From positions 23,622,001 to 23,686,000 of the forward strand of contig CM022673.1 in the NCBI GenBank assembly GCA_012295275.1: a DNA stretch of 64,000 nucleotides. Reading direction: 5' to 3'. A program made the position numbers and the translations under genes. The notes below the pieces were generated by a model. The model saw nothing but the letters and a program-made list of their open reading frames with translations. It ran no database searches and was not told the origin of the DNA. Source of the stretch: Chrysomallon squamiferum. Lineage: Eukaryota; Animalia; Mollusca. Shown in pieces: positions 1-13,764 of this stretch (its first letter is position 1; every line of letters begins with the position of its first letter).

Positions 1-129
1 CATGGACGTACGGAAGCACGTGCAGTTCACTCTGCACGTGTGACAGAAACACAACTGTTGTCTGCTCTCCTCTTGATGGAACCTGTCTCTGTCTGTTTGG
101 CTGGACAGGAGAACGCTGTCATATTCAAG
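1..129 (+). CDS. MEGF10/11/Draper/SREC-like receptor, EGF-like repeat exon (5' part lies outside the window)
   Basis: Frame from nt 3 reads WTYGSTCSSLCTCDRNTTVVCSPLDGTCLCLFGWTGERCHIQ, with the Cys spacing and GWTG motif of MEGF/laminin-type EGF repeats; it ends at donor CAAG|gtgaaa (phase 1). Confidence 0.85.
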
Positions 130-332
130 GTGAAATTTGTCAAATTTGTCAAATGCGTATAACTGTTCTGATATGTGTGTTGGTATGTATATATGTATAT
201 AAAATATGATGTGTGTAAGTGTGTGTCTTTACATCTATATTTGGCGTTTTTGTATATCTGTATGGAGAAAAAGAGAGAGGAAAGGAATAAATAATGAAAG
301 AAATTGTGAAGGTGAAAAGAGAGACAGAAGAA

Positions 333-447
<115 letters not shown>

Positions 448-705
448 AGCAGAAACAGAAAGACGAAATGATTTATAATTTTCTTTTTAAATAATAATCA
501 GTTAAGAAATACTCAAACGTCAAAATTTCATACATATGACAACATATATCAGATGTTATTGATGTTGTTGGAAAACCAGCTGTTAATTAATAGATAAAAT
601 GCAATATACGAGTTATTTTAAACACAAACAGACTAATACGTTACTGCACATTAATGTTATTAAGTTACTGAGATAAAATAAATGTTGTCTGGACGGGTAT
701 TTCAG

Positions 706-847
706 TTGAGGCGCTGACCGAACACAAAGATGAAGTGGAGAAAAATGTGTCTGGTTTTGCAATCGGTTTAGCTGGTGTCTTTGTACTTGTGGCGGGTTCA
801 TGTCTGGTGATGTTAATTGCTATTAGAAAACATAGAATGTATAGCGG
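706..847 (+). CDS. MEGF-like receptor, transmembrane exon
   Basis: Acceptor tttcag|; phase-1 frame VEALTEHKDEVEKNVSGFAIGLAGVFVLVAGSCLVMLIAIRKHRMYS(G) is a hydrophobic helix followed by a basic stop-transfer RKHR; donor GG|gtaaat. Confidence 0.8.
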
Positions 848-879
848 GTAAATTATTTTCTAAGGTATCGTTTACACAG

Positions 880-1330
880 GCTTCTATATTTTCTTTTCAT
901 AGAGATTTACATATTTTCGTCTCACTGATTTACATATCATCTTCTCACACATATTTATATATTATCTTCTCACACAGGTTTATATATTATCTTCTCACAC
1001 ATATTTACATATTTTCTTCTCACAAAGATTTACATATTATCTTCTCACACATATTTATATATTATTTTCTAACATATTTACAAATTATCTTCTCACAAAA
1101 TTACATATATTCTTCTCACACATATTTATATATTATTTTCTCACAAATATTTATATATTTTCTTCTCACACATATTTATATATTATTTTCTCACATATAT
1201 TTATATATTTTATCTCTCATACAGGTTTAAATATTATCTTCTCACATAGATTTACATATTATTGTCTCACAGATCTACAGATTATCATCTCACAGGTTTA
1301 TATTTTATTGTCTCAGAGATTAATATATAT
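880..1330. repeat. ~25-bp intronic minisatellite (TATATTATCTTCTCACACATATTTA)
   Basis: CTTCTCACAC recurs at 941, 966, 991 and onward; the array fills the intron between the TM and juxtamembrane exons. Confidence 0.9.
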
Positions 1331-1339
1331 CTTTTCTAG

Positions 1340-1434
1340 ATGCTGTTGCCCTTTTAAGATAGGTTTGTGTCGCAGCATGCTCTCTAACACTGTAGTCCTG
1401 GAAACGAACGAAAATGTGTCTTCCTTGAGTCAAG
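1340..1434 (+). CDS. MEGF-like receptor, juxtamembrane cytoplasmic exon
   Basis: Acceptor cttttctag|; phase-2 frame GCCCPFKIGLCRSMLSNTVVLETNENVSSLSQ is open; donor CAAG|gtatgt. Confidence 0.7.
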
Positions 1435-1758
1435 GTATGTGAAGTATTTGTATAAGTATTTTAGAAATGTTAGAGTTTAAACCATCGCTGATGTTAATAC
1501 AAATTTTTCGTTATTTACATATCATAATTTTCTATCAATAAACTTTATTTATGTTTTTCTGTTTCTGTATGTATATATATGTGTGTGTATCTATCAGCAT
1601 ATGTGTGCATATGTGTATATATGTTCATCCATTTATGTACGTATACATGTATGTCAGTATGTATGTGTGTGTATGTGTTTATCGATGTATGTTTGTGTAA
1701 GATGTGTGTATGTATGTATGTATATATAAATATATATAAATATGTTCGTGTTTTACAG

Positions 1759-2048
1759 ATAATACTCGACTTTGTTCGGCGGAGGTTGGAATTAGTCACA
1801 TCGCTGACGTTGAATCCTTCTCACTGCAAACTCACAGCTCGGTGATGACGTGTGACGACTACGACAGTCTGAGACGTGACATAAATGTTAAAGTCAGTGG
1901 GCGATGCAGTCGGAAACCATATGATCACGTGACTCGTCAAGTGCACGCAGTGAGTGCACCTTTACCAGAAGAACAAACTTACGACGTAACCGAAAAACAA
2001 CAACAAAACAGACGTCCTAATTCTAACTATCAAAGTTTAATTGTATAA
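1759..2048 (+). CDS. MEGF-like receptor, terminal exon (Tyr-motif tail)
   Basis: Acceptor ttttacag|; the phase-1 frame runs into track ORF 1842..2048, ending ...NSNYQSLIV*; AATAAA near 2765. Confidence 0.75.
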
Positions 2049-2384
2049 AAAACAAAAATTCCTTTAGTATTTGCATTACATTCTTACACAGTATTGTAAT
2101 CAACATACGCGTTATTGTAATGATCACAATTTTTTTATTATATGTATCGACATAACAGTTTTACTATAGTAATCTGCACTTCTTTACACACATCAACATC
2201 GACATAACAATTTTACTACAGTAATCTACACATCTTTACGTATCAACATCGATACAGTAATTTGCGAATCGATTTAGCAATCCTTTATTGTGTTATGCGT
2301 TATAGTCCAAGATATATCATTATTGTATTATTTACGTATAACAGTAACTGCTTAATCTTGGTATCCTTTACTTCATCACTTGTT

Positions 2385-2630
2385 ACTGATATGTTTCTTA
2401 TTTCATAATTTAATATTATTGTGTTTTATCCTTCATTATTTAGTATTATTGTGTTTTATATTTCATCATTTAGTACTATTGTGTTTTATATTTCATCACT
2501 TTGTATTGTAGTGTTTTTTTTTTTCATCATTTACTGTTGTAGTGTTTTATATTTCATCCATTACTAATTCTGTGTTTTATATTACTTTGTTTCATATTTC
2601 ATCACTTAGTATTGTTGCGTTTTATACTTC
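2385..2630. repeat. 30-bp minisatellite (TTTCATCATTTAGTATTATTGTGTTTTATA) in the probable 3' UTR
   Basis: TTTCAT recurs with period 30 (2401, 2461, 2491). Confidence 0.85.
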
Positions 2631-3292
2631 AGCACTTAGATTCAGTAACCGTATTCTTTGTCGTATTCTATATACACTATTTCTCATGTTAATTCAGCTC
2701 TGTACTTTTGTAATATTTCTAGATATTATTTGTAATTGTACTTTACTTGTATTAGAATCTAAATAATAAACAATTCTGAGTCTGAAATTATATTTGTTTT
2801 ATTTTGACAGCTTATATATAAAAAGACAACATGAGAAAGGAACTGAAAAGCTGTCTAAAAATAATGATACATTTTAGATATTGACTCTGAACTGTGAATA
2901 GACTTAGGGTGTCTAAATACAATTGTCTGACAGATAGATCATCACTGTCTGACATTCTGAATATCTCTGTTATTGTAAAAATGCCATCATTTGATAGCAA
3001 TGTCTAACAATAAGAATACTACTTGCTTGACAATAAGAGTATCACCATTTGACAGTATCACTGTTTGACAACTAATATATCAAGAGTTAGAACAATGATA
3101 CTTTAATGCACGTTCTAGTCGATGTATTTATGCGAGTGCATGTAAATGCATCACCTTTCATCCTCTTTGTATACAGCACTTGTTATAAATCTCTAACAGA
3201 TATTAAAATAATTTTATCTGATCTTCCTCTCACAGTGTGGATATTTGGTTAATTTTCACAGAACACCCTTTAGTGTCCTTCCCTCTCTTCAG

Positions 3293-3600
3293 GATAGGTC
3301 TTCAACCTGGGGGTCGCGACCCCTCTAGGGGTGGCCAGCCTTTTTTCCAAGGGTCTCGAGATCGTTCTTGAGCGAGGATATGTTTTAGCTTTTTTCAGCT
3401 TGACTTGGAAGGAGGAATAAATAAAAACGTGTAGATAGGTTTGGGACCAGTTATAGTGAATATAGATTCCTTTTCTACTGTTTTTGGTTGATGAAAATAT
3501 GGTAACCCTAGATATTGAATAACATTTTTTAAAGGGGGTCATCGGTCATATTGAGTTGTTCATAAGGGGTCACGGTGTGAAAAAGGGTTGAAAACCACTG
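3293..3600. mobile_element. hAT/Charlie-type MITE remnant
   Basis: Imperfect 15-bp TIRs (gataggtcttcaacc vs the reverse complement of ggttgaaaaccactg, 11/15), subterminal GGGGTCGCGACCCC motif, and a near-perfect 8-bp TSD (ctcttcag 3285-3292 / ctctacag 3601-3608). Confidence 0.75.
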
Positions 3601-3879
3601 CTCTACAGCATGAATTATCACTGAAAACATTTGATCTGTAAACAAGAGAGGTAATTCCGATCATCGTATAATAGATGGACAGGTTATGTCCCTTACATTT
3701 AAAGCGCTGACAAAGTACTTGGCGAACCGGAACTTTAATTTATTGTCAGCTTTGTTTGTTAGTTTAAAATGCTATAAATTTTATGTGTATTTTGCTTGAC
3801 TTAAATACCGTAACCCTATATTAAACCAGAACATCGGTAACATGGTACCAAAAAATAGTATCGTGTATGCAATGAATAC

Positions 3880-4320
3880 TTATCATGATTTTATCAAAGA
3901 ACAGCTTGCATATATGTATGGTTATCATGACTTAATCAATTATAATCTTACATGTAAAATGTATATTTATTATGACTTTAACAAAGAATACATTGCGTAT
4001 ATTTAAAATGATTTTAATAAGGAATATCTTGCATGTAATGTTTATTTATGATAACTTTAATAAGGAATATATCTTGAATGTAATGTTTATTTATAATGAT
4101 TTTAATAAGGAATATCTTACATGTAATGAGTAGTTATCATAACTTTAATAACTAATATTTACATAATGTATATAGTTATCATGACTTTAATCAAGAATAT
4201 TTTGCATTAAATTTGCATTTATAATGACTTGCATCTAATGTGTATTTATCATGGCTTTAATAAAGAAAATATTGAATGTAATGTATATTTATCATACCTT
4301 TGATAAACAAAGTCATGTAT
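3880..4320. repeat. Degenerate ~42-bp minisatellite
   Basis: TATCATGACTTTAAT...GAATATCTTGCATGTAATG recurs with period ~42. Confidence 0.8.
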
Positions 4321-4559
4321 ATATCTAAAATGTATGCCTCTTATATTTTCTTTTAACATTTATACAGAAGATTCGTACATGTGTTTTTAGATCACGTGTT
4401 CGTAATTTAAACCGAAATTAGCGTAGTAGTAATTATGTTATAAAATTATAAGCACAGTAAATAAATGCCCCGTGATAAAGTTATTTTAGTAAATCGTGCT
4501 GCAGGAATATGATAGTTTGCTGCTGCCCACGTTAGAAATCACACAGTCGCTGTCTGTCA

Positions 4560-4713
4560 TCGTCTGCAGTTGGCGTTTGAGCAGCGCGTGCGGCCGCGCG
4601 GGATTATGCGCCAATCAAAGAACATCGATTGGAATGGTCTTGACGGATGTTAGCAGCAGTTTCTTGTTTGACTGCTTCCAGTCGAAATTATTGTGCTTTT
4701 CTCGGAATGGCAG
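4560..4713 (+). promoter_or_regulatory. CpG-rich promoter-like island, possibly a non-coding first exon of the IgGFc-domain gene
   Basis: GC-rich GCGCGTGCGGCCGCGCGG, two opposed CCAAT boxes (gccaatca, gattgg) and a donor-like GCAG|gttggt at 4713/4714. The link to the downstream gene is inferred. Confidence 0.35.
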
Positions 4714-5009
4714 GTTGGTACTTTCTCTTGTTAATTTTCATTCAACTTAAGATTTTAATGTATGACTTAGTAATGAGTTAGACATAGAATACAGTGTTTG
4801 TAAACGTAAACACATACTGACACGCAGAAACGACAAATGTAGCTGTAGACGTTGTTAAACTCAGTGATAATGCATACATGATCTTTTGACGCACACGGTA
4901 TTCATATTCTAAAACAGCATCTCCTTCTCTCGACTTTCTCACTTTAAACTGAGTTCCTCTGACATTATACTCAACATAATAGCGACGACTTTCGTAAAAC
5001 TGACATTAC

Positions 5010-5560
5010 GATTAAATGTGTTTTCATATCTGTTATTTGTAAGATAGCATAATACATTAAATATAAAACACGTTTACGAACATGCTAATTAATAACTGTT
5101 TTGATATCTATTATTTGTAATTTAATATCACCTTAATATCACCTTAATGACAGTTTTGATATCTATTATTTGTAAGTTAACATCGCATTAATAACTGATT
5201 TGATATCTGTTATTTGTAATTTAATATCACCTTAATAACTGTTTTGATATCTATTATTTGTAAGTTAACACGACCTTAATAACTATTTTGATATTTTTGT
5301 TTGCAATTTAATATGACATTAATAACTGGTTTGATGTCTATTATTTGTAAGTTAACACCATATTAATAATTGTTTTGATGACTGTTATTTGTAAGTTAAC
5401 ACCACCTTAATAACTGTTTTGATATCTGTCGTTTGCAATTTAAAATGACCGTATTAACTGTTTTGATATCTATTATTTGTAAGTTAACACCATATTAATA
5501 ACTGTTTTGATGACTATTACTTGTAAGTTAACACTAAATTAATAAAAGTTTTTCTTATTT
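5010..5560. repeat. 44-bp minisatellite (TAATAACTGTTTTGATATCTATTATTTGTAAGTTAACACCATAT)
   Basis: Period 44 (5234, 5278), with alternating variants. Confidence 0.9.
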
Positions 5561-5689
5561 ATAAGTATTATAATTATGTTGATAGATTCTCTTTTCATAA
5601 ACTATATCGTTTATAACAACTTTCATAGTTATCTTATTATTTATTAATCATAAATGAAAATAGTTATTATTAATTAGCCTATTAATTAG

Positions 5690-6470
5690 CCTAGTCACAG
5701 TAAAAATATTATGATTGTACAAGTGTGTTACAGTTAATATTTTCTTTTGCATAGGTATCTCACACTTAAAGTATTATGATTGTACAAGTACGTAACAGTT
5801 AATATTATTTTTCTATAGGTATCTCACAGTCAAAGAGCTATGATTGTACAAATATATTACAGTTAATCTATGTTTTTATAAGTATATTACATTTAATACA
5901 TCATGCTTCTACAGCATATTACAGTTAATGCATTATGTTTGTACAATTATATTACTTAATGTTTTATGTTTGTTATATTACAGTTAATATATTATTGTAC
6001 GAATATATTACAGTTAAAAAATTGTTTGTACCAGTATCTTACAGTTAATGTATATGATTTCTTATTACTGTTGATATGTTTCTATTATGTTTGTATATTA
6101 TTTCTTATTACTGTTGATATGTTTGTATATTATTTCTTATTAATACTGTTCATGTCTTTCACTGTGTTCTGTTTGTATATTATTTCTTATTACTGTTGAT
6201 ATGTTTGTATTTTATTTCTTATTACTGTTCATGTCTTTCACTTGTGTTATGTTTGTATATTATTTCTTATTACTGTTCATTTCTTTCACCAGTTATGTTT
6301 GTATATTATTTCTTATTACTGTTCATTTCTTTCACTTTGTTATGTTTGTATATTATTTCTTATTACTGTTCATTTCTTTCACTTTGTTATGTTTGTATAT
6401 TATTTCTTATTACTGTTCATGTCTTTTCACTGTGTTATTTTATGTATAATTTCTTTTTTCTGTTCACGTG
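5690..6470. repeat. Compound minisatellite: a TATGATTGTACAA...TTACAGTTAAT unit grading into a ~47-bp TATGTTTGTATATTATTTCTTATTACTGTTCA unit
   Basis: Visible periodicity; source of the repetitive ORFs 5966-6481. Confidence 0.85.
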
Positions 6471-7254
6471 ATTCGCTGTAATATACTGATGTAAATAACT
6501 ACATCTAGATAAGACACAACTTTTCTATGCGGTTTCCAGGGAGACGAACAAATATTTACGGTAACAATAAACTATGAACCTTAATGGAGCGTAACTTGTC
6601 ACTGAGTTAGTTTTTAGTAACAGTTATTAGATCAATCAGAACAAAATGTCAGTTTTGTTAAACTGTTAATAATCAGCTGTGCTTACATTTGCTGTTCACA
6701 TTTCGCTTGATGTTACTTTAACATATGAGACAATACACCGAGACTGACATTTCATAGTTAAAATGTCTGAATTTATAAAAATTATTGCTGTATTAATTAC
6801 AACAAATATACTGATATAAAACCATCTTAATTTGCTATCTTAACTCAAACCACTACACTGACGTAAGTTAATTTATTTACTGGTGTTGTGAATCAGTTGA
6901 ATTTTCACTATTATAAATGTGTTTATTAACGTAAGATATAAAACTGATCTTCATAAGAACTACGATGTTGTAAAAACCAGTTATTACACATGTTCTGGAT
7001 TATAAACAATTGTATTAACTCGTAAATGACATTTTCCAGGATAACTTGCTTTGAATTATGTTTGTGATATTGATCTAGATGTGTGTGTCTGTCGTAAAAA
7101 GTTGATTTTGTTTTCTCAGAAAACTTATAGAAATCTAAATTAAATCTTGTTAGGCTCTCCACGACGATATTTCATCAAAATGTCTGTTGAGTAACGACTG
7201 TGATTATAATCAACAACGGACAAAAATAATGTCAACAATTTATCTTATAACTTA

Positions 7255-8660
7255 CATACAACATTTTTCTATTTTATACACAGAGGACTGTGAAATATAA
7301 CATTTTTTATTTATTTATATTTTAGACAAGAAAACTGTGAAATACAACATTTTGTTATTTTATTCATGTAGAACCGTGAAATACAACATTTTGTTATTTT
7401 ATACATTTAGAACTGAGAAATACAGCATGTTTTATTTTAGACATGTAGAACTGTGAAATACAACATTTTGTTATTTTATACATTTAGAATTGTGTGATAC
7501 AACATTTTGTTATTTTATACATTCAGAACTGTGAAATACAACATTTTATTATTTTATACATGCATGTAGAACTGTGCAATACAACATTTTGTTATTTTAA
7601 ACAGTAAACTGTGAAATACAATTTTTGTTATTTTAAACATACAGAACTGCAAAATACAACATTTTGCTATTTTAAACATACAGAACTGCAAAATACAACA
7701 TTTTGCTATTTTAAACATATAGAATTGTAAAATACATTTTGTCATTTTATACATATAGAACCTGTGAAATACAGCATTTTGATATTTTAAACAAGTAAAG
7801 TGAGAAATACAATATTTTGTTATTTTATACATTTAGAATTGTGCGATACAACATTTTGTTAGTTTATACATGCAGAACTGTGAGATACAACATTTTATTA
7901 TTTTATACATGCATGTAGAACTGTGCAATACAACATTTTGTTATTTTATACATGCATGTAGAACTGTGCAATACAACATTTTGTTATTTTATACATTCAG
8001 AGCTATGAAATACAACATTTTGTTATTTTATACATGCTGAACTGTGAAATACACCATTTTGTTATTTTATACATATAGAACTGTGAAAGAGAACATCTTT
8101 TATTTTAAACTTATAGAAATGTGAAATAGAACATATTTTATTTTGAACAAGTGTTGAGAAATACGCCATTTTGTTATTTTATACATGTAGAACTGTGAAA
8201 TACAACAGTTTGTTAGTGAATACACACAGAACTGTGAAATACAACATTTTGTTATTTTATACATGTAGAACTGTGAAATAGAACATTTTTGTTTTGAAAA
8301 GTGAATTTTTGTTATTTTAAATATATCGAAATACTGAAACATTTTATTTTAAATATATAGAACTGTGAAATAAAGTTTGTATTTTCATTTTAAACAAGTA
8401 AACTGTGAAATACAACATTTTGTTATTTTATACATGTAGAATTAAATATTATATATATCTATATCTATATCTATATGATATATATCTATATCTATATGAT
8501 AATTAAATATTTTATATATGAAACACTGCGATTAAATATTTTATATATGTGATAATTAAATATTTTATATATGAAAAACTGTGATAATTAAATGTTTTAT
8601 ATGTGTAGAACTGTGATGATTAAATATTTTATATATGAGTAACTGACTGTATGGATATTT
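7255..8660. repeat. 39-bp minisatellite (TGTGAAATACAACATTTTGTTATTTTATACATGTAGAAC), about 30 copies, with a degenerate tail
   Basis: The unit repeats directly through 7300-8440. Confidence 0.95.
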
Positions 8661-9175
8661 TATCTGTCTTCCTTGTGCATTAATGTTAACTGTGAATTTT
8701 ATAGACATTCTGTGATAACGAGCGAAAATGACTCGAGAGAAAAATGACTGCAGTGAATATTTTGTCTGTGTTTGAAAGATTAAGTGACAGCAGTGAGACG
8801 CACTGAATTTCATTAATTATACCTTCTGAAGCGAAAATCATAGCCACGAGGAATACTGAACTAAACGCATAACGACACAAAGAAAAAAAAAAATCTTTGA
8901 AAGAGTTTCTGGATAATTAAAACAGGATCCATTGTCACAAGCAAGCTTACGAATTTCATCAGTTTGAAAGCGTTTTGCATCGAACACGTCCGTGGACGAA
9001 ACCAGCAGAGAGATACGTGACAGAATGCCGAACCGCCATTTCGTGGACGTGTTTCATCGTTCACATTCCTGCAGCTGAAATTTACTCTCTGGAATAATTC
9101 CACTGGTGCATCTAAATATGGTATAAAAAAAAGTGAACGCCAAAGTTCCTATAAAAGGATATGATCACTTTCCAC

Positions 9176-9291
9176 ATAAGACAATACTGTTCTATTTGGA
9201 AAGATAAGACAATACTGTCACATTTAGAAAAATAAGACAATACTGTCACATTTAGAAAAATAAGACAATACTGTCACATTTAGAAAGATAA
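9176..9291. repeat. 28-bp tandem repeat x4 (ATAAGACAATACTGTCACATTTAGAAAA)
   Basis: Copies start at 9176, 9204, 9232 and 9260. Confidence 0.9.
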
Positions 9292-10617
9292 TCTTCTTTA
9301 TGGCTATATATATAATTGAAGTGTTACATAATATGTAATTGTAGAACGTTTACCAGGATGAGACATTTACGTTATTGGAACAGGAATATATCCAAACGGG
9401 AATATGTTGTAACAACTTAATAATTAATTCATAATGTATAAATAATTAATTATTAACATTAACGTTAACCCATACATGCATCCACAATCATAAACATAAT
9501 GTAGACATTACATTTACACACATTACAGAAATAAGAGTAAATGTAAACAAACACACATATCTGTAATCAAATCGTTCAATTTATAAATATATATTATAAA
9601 TATCTATGGCAGTATGTTTTTAATCATTAGATTATGTTTTATTACTATATGTACGTATATAAATGTAATATTTTAGTTTCTGAATATCATTTTTATGACT
9701 ACTAATACAGCGTATTACAGTCGATTTAATTTACCAGTTAAACAACTGACATGTAATACAAAAGTGTATAAAATAAATGCAATTTAAAACAAAAACAAAA
9801 AAATTTACAAATGAATAAAGTATCAGAGAAAAGTAGTACATATTTAACATAAAAAGTAATTAATATTAGTTTATTTCTACATTATTTATTTATTTATTTA
9901 TTATTATTATTATTATTTTATGGTTATAAAGAGCTTGCAATATATCGTTAGATTTCTAGAAAACCTTTACATTTTACAGATGTCGTTACTTTTCTGTTTA
10001 ACATTATTTTTATATATCACATCACTTGAGACTTCAAAAATTCACGTTACTTTTATGTAGGCTTATAACACTTTAAGACGTCATGTTACTGTACAGCTGT
10101 AGATTGTTACAGATAATGTTTCGTTTTTTCAGAACTTCAACACTTTACAAAGAAAACGTTACGTTTCTGTTGAGCTTTAAGACGGATTTCCACTTTTCAC
10201 GAAATTAATTGAATTCTCGGGTAACGTCCGGTAACAGAATTGTGTGTTCGCACGTACAACGACGAATCTCTGCGCAGTTAATTGAATTATGAAAAGCTTG
10301 CTTTCATTTCAACGAGAAACCATCTGCCAACCATTTTCAATTCTAACTGCTGCATCCTGCCAACACTCTCAGCAGTCTGCCCTTAGGCACTTTCAAATTT
10401 TGTTTTCATTTCCGTATCTAACGTCTATTGCTAAATGATTGCGCAGAAATATGTAATGAGGTTATCTTTTCTTGCGGCGAAACGCTTCAAAAATTGCTTC
10501 CTACATTACAACTCGTTCCACAATTAGTCGACTTAATAAAGTTTCTACTAATATAGAATTCTTATATGTTGTATACGCTTGTATCCGTCCCTCGGCAAAA
10601 CGAACCAATTACAAAAA

Positions 10618-10649
<32 letters not shown>

Positions 10650-11024
10650 AGAAATGAATAAGATTCAAGTTCGTGATGCGTTGTGATCAATATGTATTCT
10701 GTGTTTGAACTCCATCGTTTCAGTGCGCCAGTGACCACGTCTATCTAACTGGGGGCCATTTACAAAAATGATATTAATAAACCCATCAAGTCTCTGTCCA
10801 TCTTGCTGTCGCCATAACAACAGGCGCACGAGACGGATAACAGGGAAAAGATGGGAGAAAATCAAATTTAATTTGTTTCAAGCTTAACATGCGACAAAAT
10901 GAATTTAATATATTCAACAGTGTAAATCAGTCTAAGATAACACGTTTAAGGAAAAATAGTATTGTCTGCTTTGTATATTCATCACATTCTGCTATAACAT
11001 GTCTATTTATTTTATACACAATCA

Positions 11025-11073
<49 letters not shown>

Positions 11074-11753
11074 ATACATTCATCTATACTTTCACATATA
11101 CATGTACATATAGATATTCATTCACAAGCACACATACATATGTGTGTGTGTGTGTATGCAGTGTGTGTGTGTGTATGTGTTTTTGTATTGGTGTGAAATA
11201 GAACAAAATTAATTTATAAAATTAGAGTAAAATATAACTGATGTTTGTGTAATAAATTAGATGAAATAAAACAGATATTTTGGTAATAAAGCAATGTGAA
11301 AAAGAAGAAAATTTCTCTAATAAATCAGTGTGAAATTAAATAAATATTTACATAATAAGTGTGACACTTTTTTGTGAAAATGTAAATAATCAGATATGTG
11401 TGAAAATATAAATTAAATATATATATGGGTGAAAAAAGTCAAATGAAGAAAATTGTATGAAAAAATAAAATTAGCTATTTATGATAAGATGTGTAAATTT
11501 TTATATGGATGAAAAAAAAAAAAAAAAAAATGTTTTTAAGTGTGAAAATAAAATAGACATTTTAAAAACAGCGTAAAATAAAATACTGACCTAAGAGAAA
11601 GTAAGTATATTTTAAAACATTATATCAGATTAAATTAAAATATGAAAAAGAAATCAAAGAAAAGTAAATAAACAAAATAAATAAAGAAAGAAAGAAAAGA
11701 AAATTAAAATATATCTATCTATCTATCTATCTATCTATATATATATAAGTAAG

Positions 11754-11828
<75 letters not shown>

Positions 11829-12774
11829 ATCTATATATATATATAAAAAAAAAAAAAAAAAAACAGACATAAACAAAATAAAAACAACAAAGTAGACTCA
11901 AACAAATCATTTTCAAAGAACACGTTTGGAAAAACAGTGTGGATTAAATAATCTATTTTGCATGACAAATCAGCAGCTATTTATACGTGGTTTATACCGG
12001 TAAGAAAACAGAGTGAAATAAAACAGATATTTACTTGGCAGGTAAAAACAGTTGGCTACATAACGTGTTCCTGTGCATCCCATCCCATCGATCGTATCTT
12101 TACAACGACAGGCTAACGAAGCGAACAATAATTTAACTATAACATAAGAAGCTTTATTGCATGAAGACAGTATTGAATAACATCAAGTACTGACTTCATT
12201 AGGTGATGTACGGTCGATTTTTAACGGAGCAGTTTCAAGTACGTCGTTATAGGAAGATTTGGACTTAATTTATAAACGTGTGTCTGAGTACGCTACTTAC
12301 TGTAACCAGTCAGCGTTTTTTTATTTTTTAGTTGTTTAATTGTGCTTAGAGTATCAGGTTGTTGTTCTAAAAGTAAAACAAAGACGACTTCTTGCTGACG
12401 TCATGCGCTCAAGTGTATGTATTGATTGTGTAGACAGAATTGACGTTTATTAGCTCGAGTCAATAAAGATTTAAATTTATAATCCCAGATAGTTCATAAT
12501 AATGTCCATCTCCAATGTATTACTACTTTACTCAGAGCACTGTGATTAATAAAATGTTACCGGGACAAAAAAAAAACGTATAACTAATCCAATTTCGTGC
12601 AGACATAAAGCCCGACGCTTATGGAATCATTTCTGGATCGATTAGCAGAATACTAACTAATTCTATTACATAATATAAATGCATCAGAATATACCTTTAC
12701 GTTTTAACATCATTTGACCTTTCAAAGAGCTTGTCCTATGGCTGACAAAGTAATATATTGTTATATAGAGTAAT

Positions 12775-13520
12775 TATAAAATTACAGACGTTAGAATCTG
12801 CCTGTTAAAAGCAGCTACAGACATCAGCTCTTGTATAATAAGTATGTTATAATAATTACACACAGCAGTATTTATATGTGTGTTATAAATAAATATACAG
12901 ATTAGTACTTATATGTGCGCTGTAATTACAGATATCAGTGTTTATATGTGTGTTATAATTACAGACATTAGTATTTATATATGTGTTATAAATAATTATA
13001 GACATTAGTATTTATATGTTATAATTATAGACATTAGCATTTATATGTGTGTTATAATTTCAGATATCAGTATTTAAATATATTATAATTACAGATATCA
13101 ATATTTATATGTGTTATAAATAATTACAGACTTTAGTATTTATATGAGTTATAAATAATTACAGACTTAGTAATGTTATTTTTATAAATAAATACAGACA
13201 TCAGTATTTATGTGTGTTATCAATAACAAGAAATATTAGTAGTTATATCTGTTTTATAAATAATTATAGATATTAGTACTTATATGTATTATAAACAACC
13301 ATACACACACACTCCCACACACACACAAACACACACATATACACATACACATATATTATAACTGCAGACATTAACAGATATATGTATTAAATATAATTAC
13401 AGACATTATTAGATATATGTATTATAAATTACTATATAAACTAGTAGATATAAATTTATTAATAACTACAGATATCTGTAGATATATATGCATTATACAT
13501 AACTACATATATGTGTATAA
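12775..13520. repeat. ~34-37-bp minisatellite (TAATTACAGACATTAGTATTTATATGTGTGTTATA)
   Basis: Recurring TTACAGACATTAGTATTTATATG. Confidence 0.85.
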
Positions 13521-13723
13521 CTATGATAATATATACGTGCGATCACACACACACACACACACAGATATATATATAATTATATTATAAGTAACCTTAGATA
13601 TTAGTAGATTACAGACGTTAATTGATATATGCATTACACACACACACACACACAGATATATATATAATTATATTATAAGTAACCTTAGATATTAGTAGAT
13701 TACAGACGTTAATTGATATATGC

Positions 13724-13764
<41 letters not shown>

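Noticed and set aside
817-1230. 137-aa hydrophobic ORF
   Set aside because: It is a translation of the 25-bp intronic minisatellite; the real exon uses another frame and ends at 847.
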